A stretch of DNA of 45,718 bases, counting the filler, from Sphacelaria rigidula (Eukaryota), in NCBI GenBank assembly GCA_964200075.2. It is 2 parts of 2 records of this genome, joined end to end, with 100 filler letters (N's around TTAATTAATTAA, not from the genome) between each part and the next. Parts side by side here need not be neighbours in the genome. Positions count along the whole stretch, not along the records: positions 1 to 22,820 come from CAXNAA020000307.1; 1 more part is not named here. One strand, given 5' to 3'. Below, in pieces: positions 1-12,230 of the stretch. Position 1 is the stretch's first letter. Each line of letters begins with the position of its first letter. The notes under the pieces are model-generated. The model made no database searches and had not been told where the DNA came from. It worked only from the letters and a program-made list of their open reading frames with translations. The position numbers and the translations under genes are program-made.

Positions 1-120
1 CCCAATCCGCGAGACCAAAATGAAAGGCGCGTACCGGGGGAGAGATGAGTTGATCCGTTGACACCACGGACTCATCCCGAGGAAGGGGTGGGGTTCAAAG
101 TGTGAGGGGAAAAGAAAAAA
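1..120 (+). mobile_element. 3' portion of tRNA-derived SINE family A (head lies upstream of the window)
   Basis: Reverse complement aligns by eye with the copies at ~14950-15065, ~17425-17525 and 19770-19813 (shared ACTCATCCCGAGGAAGGGG.GGGGTTCAAAGTG); ends in an A-rich tail. Confidence 0.75.
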
Positions 121-1829
121 AAACTCTCACCCCACCACCACGACCACCACCAACCCCGGGAGCATACTTCAAATTCCGAGCACCCACAAGTTGGAAAAAA
201 GTACGTTGGTATCTCAATTGACGTGTCTTTCACGCCTCCTTACATACTGTAGAACCGAGAGCCTTGTGCTTCCGTTTTGTTGATGCTAGCAGTTCAGTGA
301 GTCCCGAAGAGCCAAAATCATCGTCAACCTCGCACGGGGGACGTCACATTCCACACAGCAGCACGGATTTTACGATTAATTGGACGTCTGTCCGTCTGCT
401 TGAGCGCCCCGCGCTCTCCCAGCTGGCAATACTTCCTCATTGCTCGTGTCAGCGATTGTGTTTATCACAATGATGGGGTGTCGCTGTGGGGTTTGGGTAT
501 GGGAGAGAAATTTTCCGAATGGTGCTCCACAAGAGACAAAAAAATGCCTCCATCCGCTTATGGAGTGCAAATCATACAATGGAAACCACGCCCCTTCTCC
601 CTCCTCTCCTGTACGAAGAGATAGTCCCACCGAACGTCACGTTGAAGAACCTTGGTGCGTTTTCGCGATTCCACTAAACCCCTCGTCTTGAAGAACATGA
701 CCTTTGAATATCCCAAGATGTTCTTAAAAGATGTTTAGATGGGCTACATATCTTTTGTAGCTCGCACGCGTGGGTTTGAATTTCACCGGTGTCGCCAAAC
801 CTTAGTGCCTTTTCTATTGCCGAGTCTCACGGAACCGCAGTGCACGGACGACGAGCTTTTACTCTCTATGTTCGGGTTGTGAGCGAGAGTGACCGAGTGG
901 AGCGTGAGGCAACGAGCCTAGCTACGATCCAGCTGACCGCTCCACGTCCGCAAGCGCCGACGTATCAGTGACACGTTATAGTTAGCATGGCACATCTCAT
1001 GCAAGGCAACGGTTGTACATGCGGTCGACCAGGAAGGTACTTGGTGATAACATGTACTCCGCTCACGTAAAAAATTGCACTCAAGGCGCGATATCTTAAA
1101 GTGCGTACTTAAAGTGCGTACTTAGACACAATGAAAAAACGTGAACTCGCTGAGGCCAGAGGGTCCCGTAAACTAGAATTTCGGATACCGAATGACAAAT
1201 TTGTGCGCACTTGAAAGTTGAAATAATGAAAACCGGCACTAACCGGTACCTGAAGTGGGGTACGCGCTTCTTGCGTCTCTTCGCATGTTACCGTTCACCC
1301 TCTGCCTCCGTTGCGTGAGCCGCCCTGGACCGATGTAATGATCCCAAGTCGCTAGAAATCAAGATCCTCGTCAATGTTACCCTAAAAACTCCAACAATAT
1401 GGCCATCAGTGGCGGGGACTCCACCAGTGGCGTTACTTGGGGGCAGCCGGGCTGCTTGCGCAAGCTTCGAGCTCTCCTCGCTTCCACGCGTCTTGTATTC
1501 TTGTTTGATACCAAAACGCAGCAACCAGCAGCCGCACGAGCACGCGCATACAACCTTCATGTGTCCAGAAACATCGCCTTTCTCTGCCCCTACCACAGGC
1601 CGCACACTGCCAAACATATCCCGAAAATTACAACAAGTCGTGCAAGCACACCCCACCGACTGTAAACTGCCTTGGCCCATGGCGCGTTTCCGTAATCTCT
1701 GCGACAATGGATCAATATACTGTACTCAAATAGCTACCCCGCGGGCATACTCTTGGAGTCCCGACCGTCTCCCGCTTGGCATTGATCCCATACTTGTGGA
1801 TCCTTGCGCGAATAAGAAAAGAATTAATT

Positions 1830-4800
1830 ACAAGTTAGTTATCGGAGAGAGGGGGGCAGAGAAATATGGACATGGACGGGGTGAGAACAGCGAACCACGA
1901 CGTCCCGTGCTAAGGACCACCTTACGCCGTGAGTTGGTGATCCAATCGTGCTCCAATGCTTGAATAACCCCTAGGGCACATAGGGTCTCCCGGATGCGGT
2001 TCCCCCCGTGTTTTGGGAGGCCGGTCAGCCTTCTTGGGCACTTCTTCGACTAATCACCCGACCATGACGTGATTTGGAATACGCGTTTCCTCCTGCCGGA
2101 CGAGGCCCCCCGCGAACCAGAGTTTGCGCTCTCGGCTGTTTGTCTGTATACATTCGCAGTTGATCATCTCTAGCAATCTCTGTACGAAAATGTCTGGTTG
2201 CCAGGTCGCTCTTTCCCGCGGAATCCAATCACTCGCAATAACAGCTCGTGGTGAGAAGCGCGCAGACTCTGAAAGTCCTCGGGAAGCAGCACCCACGTAG
2301 CACACCCATACAGTATAGCTTCCACTACCTCCGCTTGGAGCAACCGGATTTCGAGAGGTAGCTGGGCGCTGGACCGATCATGGGGTTAGGAATTACACTT
2401 TCGGAGGCCTGTCCACGCAGCGCTGATGCTACGATTGACTTCGATGGAAATATCCACATCCGCGCTGACAGCACCAACGAGGTCTACAAACTTGGCCGCC
2501 TTCTTTCACACCGTTGGCGTGCCGCCTTGATGTTCAACGCATTTTCTGCAGAGCGAGGACTCAACCATAGGGATATGGACTCTTTCTTACTCTCCGATAC
2601 CGCCGATCCCAACTCCTGAAAGGCGACCGCTATCACAACCATCGTTCTATCTAGGTCGTCTGTGGACCTCGAGTATAAACCGGCGGCATCCCATTATAGC
2701 ATTCCCCACACCGCGCGTCGCACCTTCTCCAGCGGCGTCTGTTCCAGGGAGTCACCACCCTCACCTCTTGGCGCATCATCTAGATATACAGAGTCTGAGA
2801 CAGTGGCTGAGTCTGCCGTAAATCGTTGTATGATCATATCCACCAAGGCCGCGTTGAAGACGTTGAACAATAGCAGGGATGAAACGCACCCTTCCGTGGG
2901 TCCCTGGAAGACGTGGAACCACGCTGATAGTTCGCCATTATCCAGCTGTACCCGAACTCGCATGTCATCGTGGAACACACGGATGACCTTGATAATCTGC
3001 GGTGGGACTCCTAACCGAGCAAAACCTGCCCTAAGAGGCGTGCGGCCTATGGAATCGTATGCCTTCCGCAGATCGATGAAGCACATCTGGGGCATTGCTT
3101 ACCCGTCCCAACCCCTGTGGTCGGCATACCACGAGGTCCTGTCGGCGGTCGATCGTTAGCCCGTCTTTTTGGGGAGACCCCTAGCTCCTTGCAACAACTC
3201 CCGAGCCTGTTCGCTACGAGTTGGGGGAGAACTTGTCCAGCATATGCCACGAGGACGATGCCCTTGCAGTTACCACATCCATTTCTATTATCCTTCTTCT
3301 GTAGCCATTTGATAGCGGCATTTTTCCACTCCCGCGGCACGTCGCCAGATGTCCAGACCACAGCGATGATGACGCGGGAAAATGATACAGCGTCTCCAAA
3401 GGCTCCCCGACTAAACCAAGCTTGAGGAGTTCAGTAGGTAAACCATCCGATTCCGCCGCTTTGCCGTTGGCCGTAGCTCTAAGGGCATCCTCAGTTTCAG
3501 TTGGGCTTGGCGGATCTCCAAGTGACAGCGCTGTCGGTCGTTACGCGATGTTCTCGATGACGGCTCCGATGATGGTTTCCGATGTGGCATTCAGTAACGT
3601 GGAGATGTTTCGTCGCCATATCTAGCAAATTGAACCGTTGCCCTGCAGTAGGTCCCCATCTTCGTTCTTGAAATTGTACTCGCTCTCAACTTTCCGTCCC
3701 ACCACATGGAACCCTCCTTTCAGATGTCTGTGACATCCTCTCATATCCCCAAGTCGAGTATACTTCTCCAACTCCCTAGTATACAAATCCGGGCTCCTAT
3801 CTACTCCAGCGTGGACCATCTCTTTGAATGCACGCTGCCCGAAAGGTGCGCCACGCTGGGTCATCTCTCGCCTCTGTTCGCACAACCTCATCCCTTCCCT
3901 CTTATTCCAGGCCTGTTCGAAGTCCATCTCCTCAGTGGAGCCCAGGGGTATGTCGGCGAATTTCGCAGCCAATGCACTAACTGTATCGCCAGTCTTACTC
4001 TGCTCGATCTCGCTGATGATGAGCAGAGGAGTTGCCCGCGTGCATCGGTATCAGACATTTTTGACCGCTTATCGGTCGGTTTGCGCCTGGTGGGAGTTCG
4101 CCAAAATCTGTTGCATGTGAAGCGACCACGGAGGTGCACCAAGGCGCACACGATGTTACGGTCAGAGTGCGACGAGATGGGTAGTTGAAGGTGGACAGTG
4201 ACATCGAGTGCAAGCCTGCGGTGATTTTGCCTCGTCAGGATGTAGTCCAGCATTTTTTGTCGGCGGGGCGATTCGCAGGACCGTTGAATGTGCGCGGCGT
4301 ACCTCCCTTGGGGGTGGAAACAAACGCGTTGACGAGGGCATGTCGGTTGTCATCCACATCATGTAGCAAGGGGGCACGGGGGTTCCGGCCACATACCTTC
4401 TCTCCTGTTCTTACCCAAGTCTTCGCGTTAGCGTCCAAAATAATTAGGCTGTGGTGATTGTTGAGAACTCGGTTCACGGTGTTGTAGAACTCAGTTCAAA
4501 ACGCATCTCTCGCTTCTCTCGACTTTGGTTTAAATGTAGTGACGTAGGCAGCTACAAACGTGACAGCGTTCGGTTTGCCTGCGAGATTGGAAATCATCGA
4601 CATGACGCGTACGCTGGTGAGAGCCTGAGTCCACGACGCCTCACCAATGATCGAACGATAGACAGCCAACCCGACACCATACTGCTCAGCGCTTCCTCAG
4701 TCACTTTTCACCCCGCTGCAGAAGGCACGGTATCCCGCGGCAACGAATTCGGTTGCACCCAGTCCTCTTGTTTCCTGCACTCCGATGATGTCACCCACTG

Positions 4801-5130
4801 CTTGACACTTTTTCAGAAACTACCTCAGCATGGCCAGTCCCGTTCTTTTCCGTCAGGGACAGTGTACGGACGTTGTGGGTCGCCCCGTTTAGCTCCCCTA
4901 TGCGCGACCTAGCTCTAGCCTCGTCTGTACCAACACGCTTCGCTCTTTGCTCTGCCCTCTATTTGGGTCTGTTTTTCTTCATAATCTTACGCACGAGCCT
5001 TTTCTGTTCCGATACTTTCCTTGTCACATCGATTGTGGTACACACCTTACATTTGGGTCTCACGAGGAAGGTGCGGCCATCCCAACTCGCGTCGGCCGCA
5101 GGCTCCAGTCCACCCAATTAGACACTTGCT
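1830..5130 (-). mobile_element. Degenerate non-LTR retrotransposon, RTE clade (APE endonuclease + reverse transcriptase), with many frameshifts and stops
   Basis: Minus-strand fragments in the expected order. APE: NVRTL (~4860), VIGVQETR (~4770), IILDANAKT (~4430), LDYILTR...SDRNIV (~4250-4150). RT: WKNAAIKWLQKK...CGNCKGIVLV (~3300), MCFIDLRKAYDS (~3070), GCVSSLLLFNVF (~2870), VWGML then a stop where YADD is expected (~2700), LQAEVVEAILYGCATW (~2320). Ends are approximate. Confidence 0.9.
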
Positions 5131-7050
5131 CACACATGTCTCATCTCCATTGGCGTGTCTTTCATGACAGTGTCCTAGCTTCGGGAAAAATCTGCAGCTT
5201 CGAGGTTGAGTTTAGGTCCCAGTACGGGGTCAAATTCAGCAGCTGCAGGGCTAAGCCTGGAGTTCAACACTGTCGGCATGGTCCACTGGCTAATCTATGC
5301 CTCTGACACAATGCCCAGACTAGTCTGTGAAGTATCTCTCCTACGCGTGATTGCGTCTTTTGGTTGCTGGTTGGTGGCTAGCTTACCCCGAAAAAACCAT
5401 TCGCCGTGGGGCGGCGGTCGGGGGGTAGGAGAGTACCTAGAGTGCCATACTCCATCCTAAGCATCATTGCTATTCTTGCTTTCACGCTGGTTAAGAACCT
5501 ACGAGGGGGTGCGCATTACTACTGCTTCCAAGCTTGGTGCCCGTAAGGCCGTGTCTTACCAAGACAGGAAAACTCTGTTTGCGCGAACATTTGTGCCCAC
5601 ATCGGCCACTGTCAGTCTTATGGAGAACAAATTTTTCAGTCCAGATGCAAGCCAGATCTGCGCAAAGGATGGGAAATGGGTGGTTCTAGCATATCCGTCA
5701 GACCAGTATCTATCTGCTGGAACAGGACATACGCGATAAGAAGGCACGACACCTACACACCCAGTCTCGGAAAAACAAGCACAGACCTTCACCGTTCACG
5801 CGCATTAGCTCCACCGCTAGTCCTTGCTCATCCACACACAGCAGTCTTTGATTGCAGTCTTTGTTTGACGGAAATATGTTCATGTGTAGAGGAAGGGTGG
5901 CCACATGAATTTGAATTCAACCGAAACGTGCGATTTCTGACCCTCATGTGTGGGTGTTGCGGTAGCGTGGCTGACACGAACTACTGTGTTGCGTTGAATA
6001 CTGAATACATTTGATCAACGTCAAGCACAACGCGCTCATCTGCCCAGAAGCTACGGCTTGATCTACATGTCGTCCGTCCGAGGGGACAGTGGGACTCTCA
6101 GTCCCACGTCTTGTTTATTCGGCTGTGTGTCATACGTATGCATGCGCCCCACCCACCGTTTATGTTCCCATTCGAGCAACGAGATTGCCGGTTCGCGTAA
6201 ACATAATATCTTGTTTCGGTCATCTTGGGGGGACGGTATTTCACTAACGAATCACAGGTAACCATTAGGTAAACATATATTCTGCCTGAAAAAGATACGG
6301 CCTAATAAATTGATATACAGAAACCAAGGCCCCCAAAAAATCATTCGGCGAAGTTTGTTGTTGGGGAGGGATTCAAAGTTTGGGAGGCATGGTGATATTC
6401 AGTGAATGCCGTAACCACTTTCAGAGTCTCAAGTTGTTGTCAAGTACGCCTCCATTGCGAAGACGCCCGCCTCCTGCTGAAGCTTGACTCGATACCGCAA
6501 AAGATATCATATTCAGAGCTAGCCACACAATATTCGGTAGACACCACGCTTACCACCCCCTTCGATCACTCCCCTCCCCCCCCCTTAAGCCTACCTCCCG
6601 CCCGCCATCCACTGAAGCCATAGCTGTAAGAGATCTACAAGTATACTATGCAGTGTCTTGATAGCTGGGATACCGGATCCCCTACTTGGATCATGAGAAA
6701 AGAGGAAGGGTGTACGGCACAGTACATCACAAAATTGCATACTGTATCGTATTCCAGAGGAGGGAATCGATGTGACACTGCGGCGGCGCGCCGAATTTCA
6801 TGTGTTTTCGACACGCAGCGTGCAATATATTTTGGCGATCGACGGTGTGCTGCCGGCAAAAGTTTGGAGGTCGCCGGAAATTTCGAGACCTGAGGCTGCT
6901 GGCTCGGCGGGGTTGCCGGGCTTACCCTGTCGCCTTGGGATGTATGTGCGGTATCTGCGCCACATCACTACCTCACAGCGGGTCTGACCGCTAACAATAT
7001 CCGGATTTTGTGTGGACGCCAGTATCCTTGGTGAAAAACACTATGTACGA

Positions 7051-7541
7051 CTTCTGCACTAAGACCGTGTTGTACGGTAACCCATCCGTATTTGTACAGA
7101 TATGAGGCTTTCAGCCCGTCTACACTCGATTTCCTCCCGTGGATTGATTTTTGAGACCCCAGTCCGTTGGGCAACGTTTTTCGCCTAGCTCCGAGGAAAC
7201 CAGATCAATTCTCCGAATCTCTGAACGCTGACTTGTGGCTGATCACCTTTCTGCTTAGATCGGGGGACTCCCGCATCCCCCCCGAATCTGGGGCGCAAAT
7301 CGGGGGAGATGCGGGAGTCTCCCGATCTAAGCAGAAAGGTGATCAACCAACCGCCGGCGTCCAGAGAATCGGAGAATTCATCTGGTTTCCTCAGAGCTAG
7401 GCGGAAAACATTAAACATTGCACAACGAGGTGGGGTCCGAAAAATCAATCCACGGGAGAAAATCCGCTGCAGATGGGCTGAAATCCTCATATTTGTACAA
7501 CAACGGATTGGTTGCCATACAATACGGTCTAAGAAACGAAG
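7051..7541. repeat. Long imperfect inverted repeat (foldback), ~240-bp arms with a very short loop near 7290
   Basis: 7197-7284 matches the reverse complement of 7300-7388 with about 11 mismatches in 89 nt by manual count. Similarity continues outward (AAGACCGTGTTGTACGG vs CCATACAATACGGTCT). The mirror ORFs 7167+/7185- and 6968-/7418+ give near-identical peptides. Confidence 0.95.
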
Positions 7542-7920
7542 GAGGATCTTCTGTGTCGTCGTATCCGTGTCGTCGGCATCAAGTAAGTGTTCAGAGGTCC
7601 TTGCCATATAGAGCTAACCCACACCCTTGGAGGTCCGCAAAAGTGTCAGAAAAAAAGGCCTGAGTGACGCGAAATGGCGCATTACGCTGAAACATTCTTC
7701 CCCCCGGTGGCCCCTGGGACGGCTTGTTACCGCCTTCGGCGGTCTCCGACGCGCCGGTCCGGCCGGAAGCCACTATTTTCCCATTTTGTGCACAACCGTC
7801 GGTCTCGGGCGGATGGAATTTCCGGCACAATTTGAGAAGCAATTTTCACCCATATCCGTACGCTGTGCGCAACAACGCTCAGCGCCCTCGTCGGGCGCCC
7901 ACACCTTGACAATCAGACGC

Positions 7921-8808
7921 ATGCTATCGATCCAACCTCCACAGACTGCGACTGTAAGAGTGTAAACTTGTCATCGTGGCCAAATGCTGAAAGTAGTGAT
8001 CCACAGCACCTGAGCAACACGTAAGATCTGATAGTTTGCAGTATGGGCACGCAAACGCACGGCACCGCTGTACTATCGGCGCTCTTGTGCTGCCTGGTCG
8101 GCAGCAGGATAAGACTCGATCTTCACCTGCAACCCAGCCGTGCAGATCGTAGTTGCTCTGAGCATGTAGGGCAATGTTGATAGCTGCGACGTCGATTCCC
8201 GATGCAAACCACCCTAAGCCGAGCAACCAATGCAGCATGCTTCACTCGCTGCTGTGCCAACTCAGGATGTGGTACTCGTACTCACAGTGCGCTCTCAGTA
8301 CTGGTATTTATTGTGCCCAGAAAGATACAGCCAGGACCGAAGGGAGAAGATGAGCACAGAAAACATGTACGGACGATGATGTCGTAGCGTCCCGGCACGT
8401 CATGTTGTCAAAGCACACGCATCGCATGCTTTTTCTAAGTGTCCAAAAAACGCACTCCATGTAACGCAAGTGTACTACTACCTTACCCTACACTCCTCAG
8501 GGCTATCCTTCCGGAAGCTTTTCATGTACGAAGTACGAAGTACTAGGCGGACAGGCGGCCTTGTGCGGATCGCATGGAGTATGGTAATAGTGCGAGGTAG
8601 CTCTTAATTATCACTGTTTGCACGTGGCGGCCACGCACTGCACAAGCAATCAGTTAAAGTACAGTCACAACTGCGGCGTGGTGCTTACAAGGTGTCTACT
8701 CGAGCGTGTTGGAACGCACGCACATATACGCCTACATCTGCGGTCATTGCACATAAGACGACGACGCAGGCTCCCACTAAGCATCGTCCTGAGGCGGGCG
8801 GACAGGCA
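7921..8808 (+). CDS. Gene A, tentative 5' micro-exons: 7921-7953 (MLSIQPPQTAT), 8331-8366 (PGPKGEDEHRKH), 8770-8808 (APTKHRPEAGGQA)
   Basis: ATG at 7921; donors gtaaga, gtacgg, gtgaaa; cag acceptors; all phase 0 and compatible with the exon at 8993. Exons this short can arise by chance. Confidence 0.2.
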
Positions 8809-8992
8809 GTGAAATACACTGCCGTTTTCCAAGGTGTAGTCTCGATCCGAAGCGCTTCGATACAGACTACACATTTCAGTATATTGTGCTGAAAAGTTCG
8901 CAGCCAGGCTGAGACTGAAGCAAGTAGCGCTTCGCCGACAGACGGCTGGAAAACAGTGTTCACGTTTTGCTCCCTGCCTCATAGCAATGCAG

Positions 8993-9111
8993 ACATCAGC
9001 AGGGGCTGGCGGCGGGGGTGATCAAGGCACAGGCCTCCCTGGGTGGAAGCTGAGCTACTCCGTGCCTGAAGAAGAGAGGCAAAACGTTGCTATGCCAGAG
9101 CCGCAACATAG
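8993..9111 (+). CDS. Gene A exon (TSAGAGGGGDQGTGLPGWKLSYSVPEEERQNVAMPEPQH); the ATG at 8987 is an alternative start
   Basis: Pyrimidine tract plus ag upstream, AG|gtcagt donor (phase 2), only one open frame. Confidence 0.55.
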
Positions 9112-9457
9112 GTCAGTTCTTCACTGCTCTTCGCGTTTGTGTTGTCTACAGTCGTTCATCCCCTGCTGTCGTTTGTTCCTGGGCGGGCATATCCAATGAC
9201 AAGCCGCCAGGCATATCGGTTCACCGGGTTATACCGGGTTAGTGCAGGAGTGCATGCCAGCCGTTCAGCCAAAAATATGAGCATCGGCTGATATTGTGCT
9301 CTGTCCAACGTGGGAAAGAGATGGATGCCTGCTGTTGCTGTCTAGTGGCAACAATGGCAAACTGAGTTGATGTTTGTTGTGTCCATTTTGTGTTCACGCA
9401 ATATGATGTACTGCCAGTGAAGGCGGGGTGTCTTGTTGAAAATCGTGAATCGACCAG

Positions 9458-9575
9458 GGCCGACGATAGCCCCACGGTACAGAGGAACTCGCAGCACGAC
9501 GAGAACAGCCCAGGCTGTTTGGTTGCCGCTTCGGGTGTAGTGCAGATAGCTGCGCTCCCCTCGTTCTGTCCATTA
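9458..9575 (+). CDS. Gene A exon (RADDSPTVQRNSQHDENSPGCLVAAS...); 3' boundary uncertain (9534, 9575 or 9582)
   Basis: ccag acceptor in phase 2, matching the previous donor. The gtgagc donor at 9576 is phase 0; the alternatives at 9535 and 9583 are phase 1 and would fit the next candidate exon. Confidence 0.45.
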
Positions 9576-10033
9576 GTGAGCGGTATCTACGCCAACCTGC
9601 TTCTCTCGAACAGAAGTTACCGTACCATACTCCCGTCAGACGACATTTTTATCCGACACATGGTTGGCCACTGCACTGTTATACTGCTCCAAGACTGTGC
9701 TACTGTCCGTACTGTGGTAAATTACTTTCATCCCATACATGGTTTTGGTGCCACGGTTGCCCCGGGCAGCATTATAGTTAGGGTGTCACGTTTCGCGCGC
9801 CACGTTTTACTTTACCACAAGTGAGAAATGCTGCATCTGGCCAAAGTTGCATACGGGGAAGACACCCCACGTGAAAGCCGCCGTGTTTATTTATCGGGAA
9901 TAGCCACCGTCCACTGCAGTGCACAGCTGCACAGTCAGTACAACAGTACCATGCTATTATATAGGCAGTGCGGTGTTTGCGATGTTTCTATATCCGTCTC
10001 AATGAAGAATATCTTGGAAAAAAAGGCATGCAG

Positions 10034-10085
10034 GAGAGTCGTGGGTAACAAACGACTCAAGCCCTTCTAACACCGACGACAACGA
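10034..10085 (+). CDS. Gene A candidate exon (ESWVTNDSSPSNTDDN)
   Basis: tgcag acceptor, gtacgg donor, single open frame (phase 1 to 2) that fits the exon at 10649. Confidence 0.4.
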
Positions 10086-10648
10086 GTACGGTTGAGCCAA
10101 ATTTAGAACGACGACGGCTGTTTCTCAATCCGTGCGTAGTCAGTACGCGCGGCCAAGGGCACACAGGCACTTGTGCTGGTCGGTTGTAACCAATCAGCTT
10201 CAATGGTAACCCCACTACAGTGCTGGGTTGCCCACGTTTCGTGCTCGAATGTTTCCGCGCTCAACATGTACGGCCTTGTGTGAGACAGCGCGTAAGTACA
10301 CTGGTATCGACATATACTCTTTGTTTTCATTGTATTCGCCCTCAATGCTATACATAGCGTGGTATACTGTCTGGCAGCACCGTGCAATCAGTACTGCAGG
10401 GTGGGATCTGGTTAACCGCTGGTGGGTAAATCTTTTTCATCAATACTCGAATATGCTTTTGATGAGACGATGGATACACCTAGTTTTTGTTTCCGCGCTC
10501 ACAGACGGATATCTGTTCGGCTGCCTTTTCAAGGCAATCCCACTTTCCCCTGCGCAAACGAAATGATGAAATTCACATGGAATCGAAGATATTACTGGTG
10601 AAATATGCAGGAACACCTGCTATATACACGAGTATAGACGGTATACAG

Positions 10649-10766
10649 CCCCGGGCCGGTAGTATCGAAGCAGCACTTCTGTACGAGACACACGGGCGGA
10701 CACGAGTACAAACAGGGCCGGCAGTTCATCTGCAGCGAACTTTACTTGTACATTCACGGGCTAAAG
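10649..10766 (+). CDS. Gene A exon (PGPVVSKQHFCTRHTGGHEYKQGRQFICSELYLYIHGLK)
   Basis: tacag acceptor, AAG|gtagca donor, phase 2 to 0; protein-like frame absent from the ORF track. Confidence 0.6.
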
Positions 10767-11336
10767 GTAGCACGTGTATACTTGAGCACCGCGGGTAAAA
10801 AGAGTGATTGAAGCTGCTGGATATATCCCCTGTCGATGGATTGCACACTGCATTATTGAAGTGTCTTGACAAAAGCAGGGTGGTATGTGGAAGACCCGTC
10901 CACGACAAGAACAACGCAGCAGTCTGCAGCAGTCGGGTTTATTTCTGCAGTCGTAATAATAAAAACGTATGCGCAAATTCATCAAGTACTCTACTGTACT
11001 GTTGTAGCGCACCAACTTTGTATCGTATTCCCTCCTTCCTTTTCATGTTCCGTTTCGCCCGCATGGGTGCTACCTTGATCGGATGCCCATTGTCAGCCAA
11101 ATGGCCATTTACGCATCATGTTCGAGCAGCCCACATGAACCCTAGGATTTTGGCTAGTAGCGTTTCATCGTTCTGCCCCGAAAGATGACGGAGTTACCTC
11201 ATCATTTGCTGCTTGGTTCGCAGCTTTGTCGATTTTATGCACGGACAGGGCGGATGGCACAGGCGGTAACACTGCATTGCAATACTGTACTGTATCCTGC
11301 GGGCAGTGGTGAGTGATACTTGTAGTAAATAAACAG

Positions 11337-11392
11337 GAGTCCATCTACAGCCTAAAGGAGGTGGCTGTGCAGTATCAAGGATATCAAAGTGG
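11337..11392 (+). CDS. Gene A exon (ESIYSLKEVAVQYQGYQS)
   Basis: aacag acceptor in phase 0; the GG|gtcagt donor (phase 2) matches the exon at 14230. An alternative gtaagt donor lies at 11419. Confidence 0.6.
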
Positions 11393-11784
11393 GTCAGTTT
11401 TTGTGTGGGAAGCAATATGTAAGTGGTTACCTGGGGGTATCATTGCACTGTCATGCACCTACGATACTGGCCGTAAACTTCTGTCCTGTCCTTTTTTCCC
11501 ATCCGTATCAACGAGAAGCTGACTCCGCCACTGTTGTAGTGCTGTGTGCATCTACAACGCGGTGGTTATGCACGCTCGATATGCCGTTTTTTCAGTTCAT
11601 CAATTGAAGTGCACTATTTGCACCGTTCTTGCGGAGGTTTGGTGCTGACGCGCTTCATGTACATGTGTGTTGCGTCCAAAGTGTACGTATAAAGTTAATC
11701 GGTGGTTTCGTTCTGTACCGTGTGGGCGTTGTCATCCCATCCATTCTGGATACCCGTCTACACATCTCGGCACTAGCACAGGAG

Positions 11785-12044
11785 ATTTTATTCTTTTTCG
11801 TTAAGGACTCGATCTCCCTCGTGTGGTGCTTGCCTCACTCTCCTCGCGAGAGAGGTTCAGCGGTCCTTCTTCGTCGTCAACCGTGAGGCCGAACTTTGTG
11901 TACCCACGACACAGTCGCTCTACACTGCGGTTGTTGGGCATGGTGTAGGAGAAAATCCCAGATCGTGTGACCTCCTCGAGAGTCGAACCCATGACGCAAC
12001 CAGAACAAGGTTTCGAGTTCACCAACTGAGTCACCGCGGCGACC
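11785..12044 (-). mobile_element. tRNA-derived SINE, family B
   Basis: Minus strand: A-box-like TGACTCAGTTGG (12033-12022), B-box GGTTCGACTC (11989-11980), a ~190-nt body and an A-rich tail (AACGAAAAAGAATAAAA). No second copy in the window. Confidence 0.65.
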
Positions 12045-12116
12045 GAACGATTGTATATTCTACAACACACTACTGCTGCTGTTGCAGCTGTACTGAACTG
12101 TAGACACATCACATGT

Positions 12117-12230
12117 CATACCCTGGACAAAAGAATACACGGTCGAAAAATGTACCGCGTGCAAGAGACAAAAGATTCCGTACTATACGCGGTACATTTT
12201 TCGACCGTGTATTCTTTTGTCCAGGGTATG
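12117..12230. repeat. Perfect inverted repeat: 44-bp arms, 26-nt spacer (mini-MITE or hairpin RNA)
   Basis: 12117-12160 CATACCCTGGACAAAAGAATACACGGTCGAAAAATGTACCGCGT is the exact reverse complement of 12187-12230. Confidence 0.97.

Noticed and set aside
11782..12103. Open plus-strand frame as an extra exon of gene A
   Set aside because: It overlaps SINE B antisense, and the flanking exons already join in phase without it.
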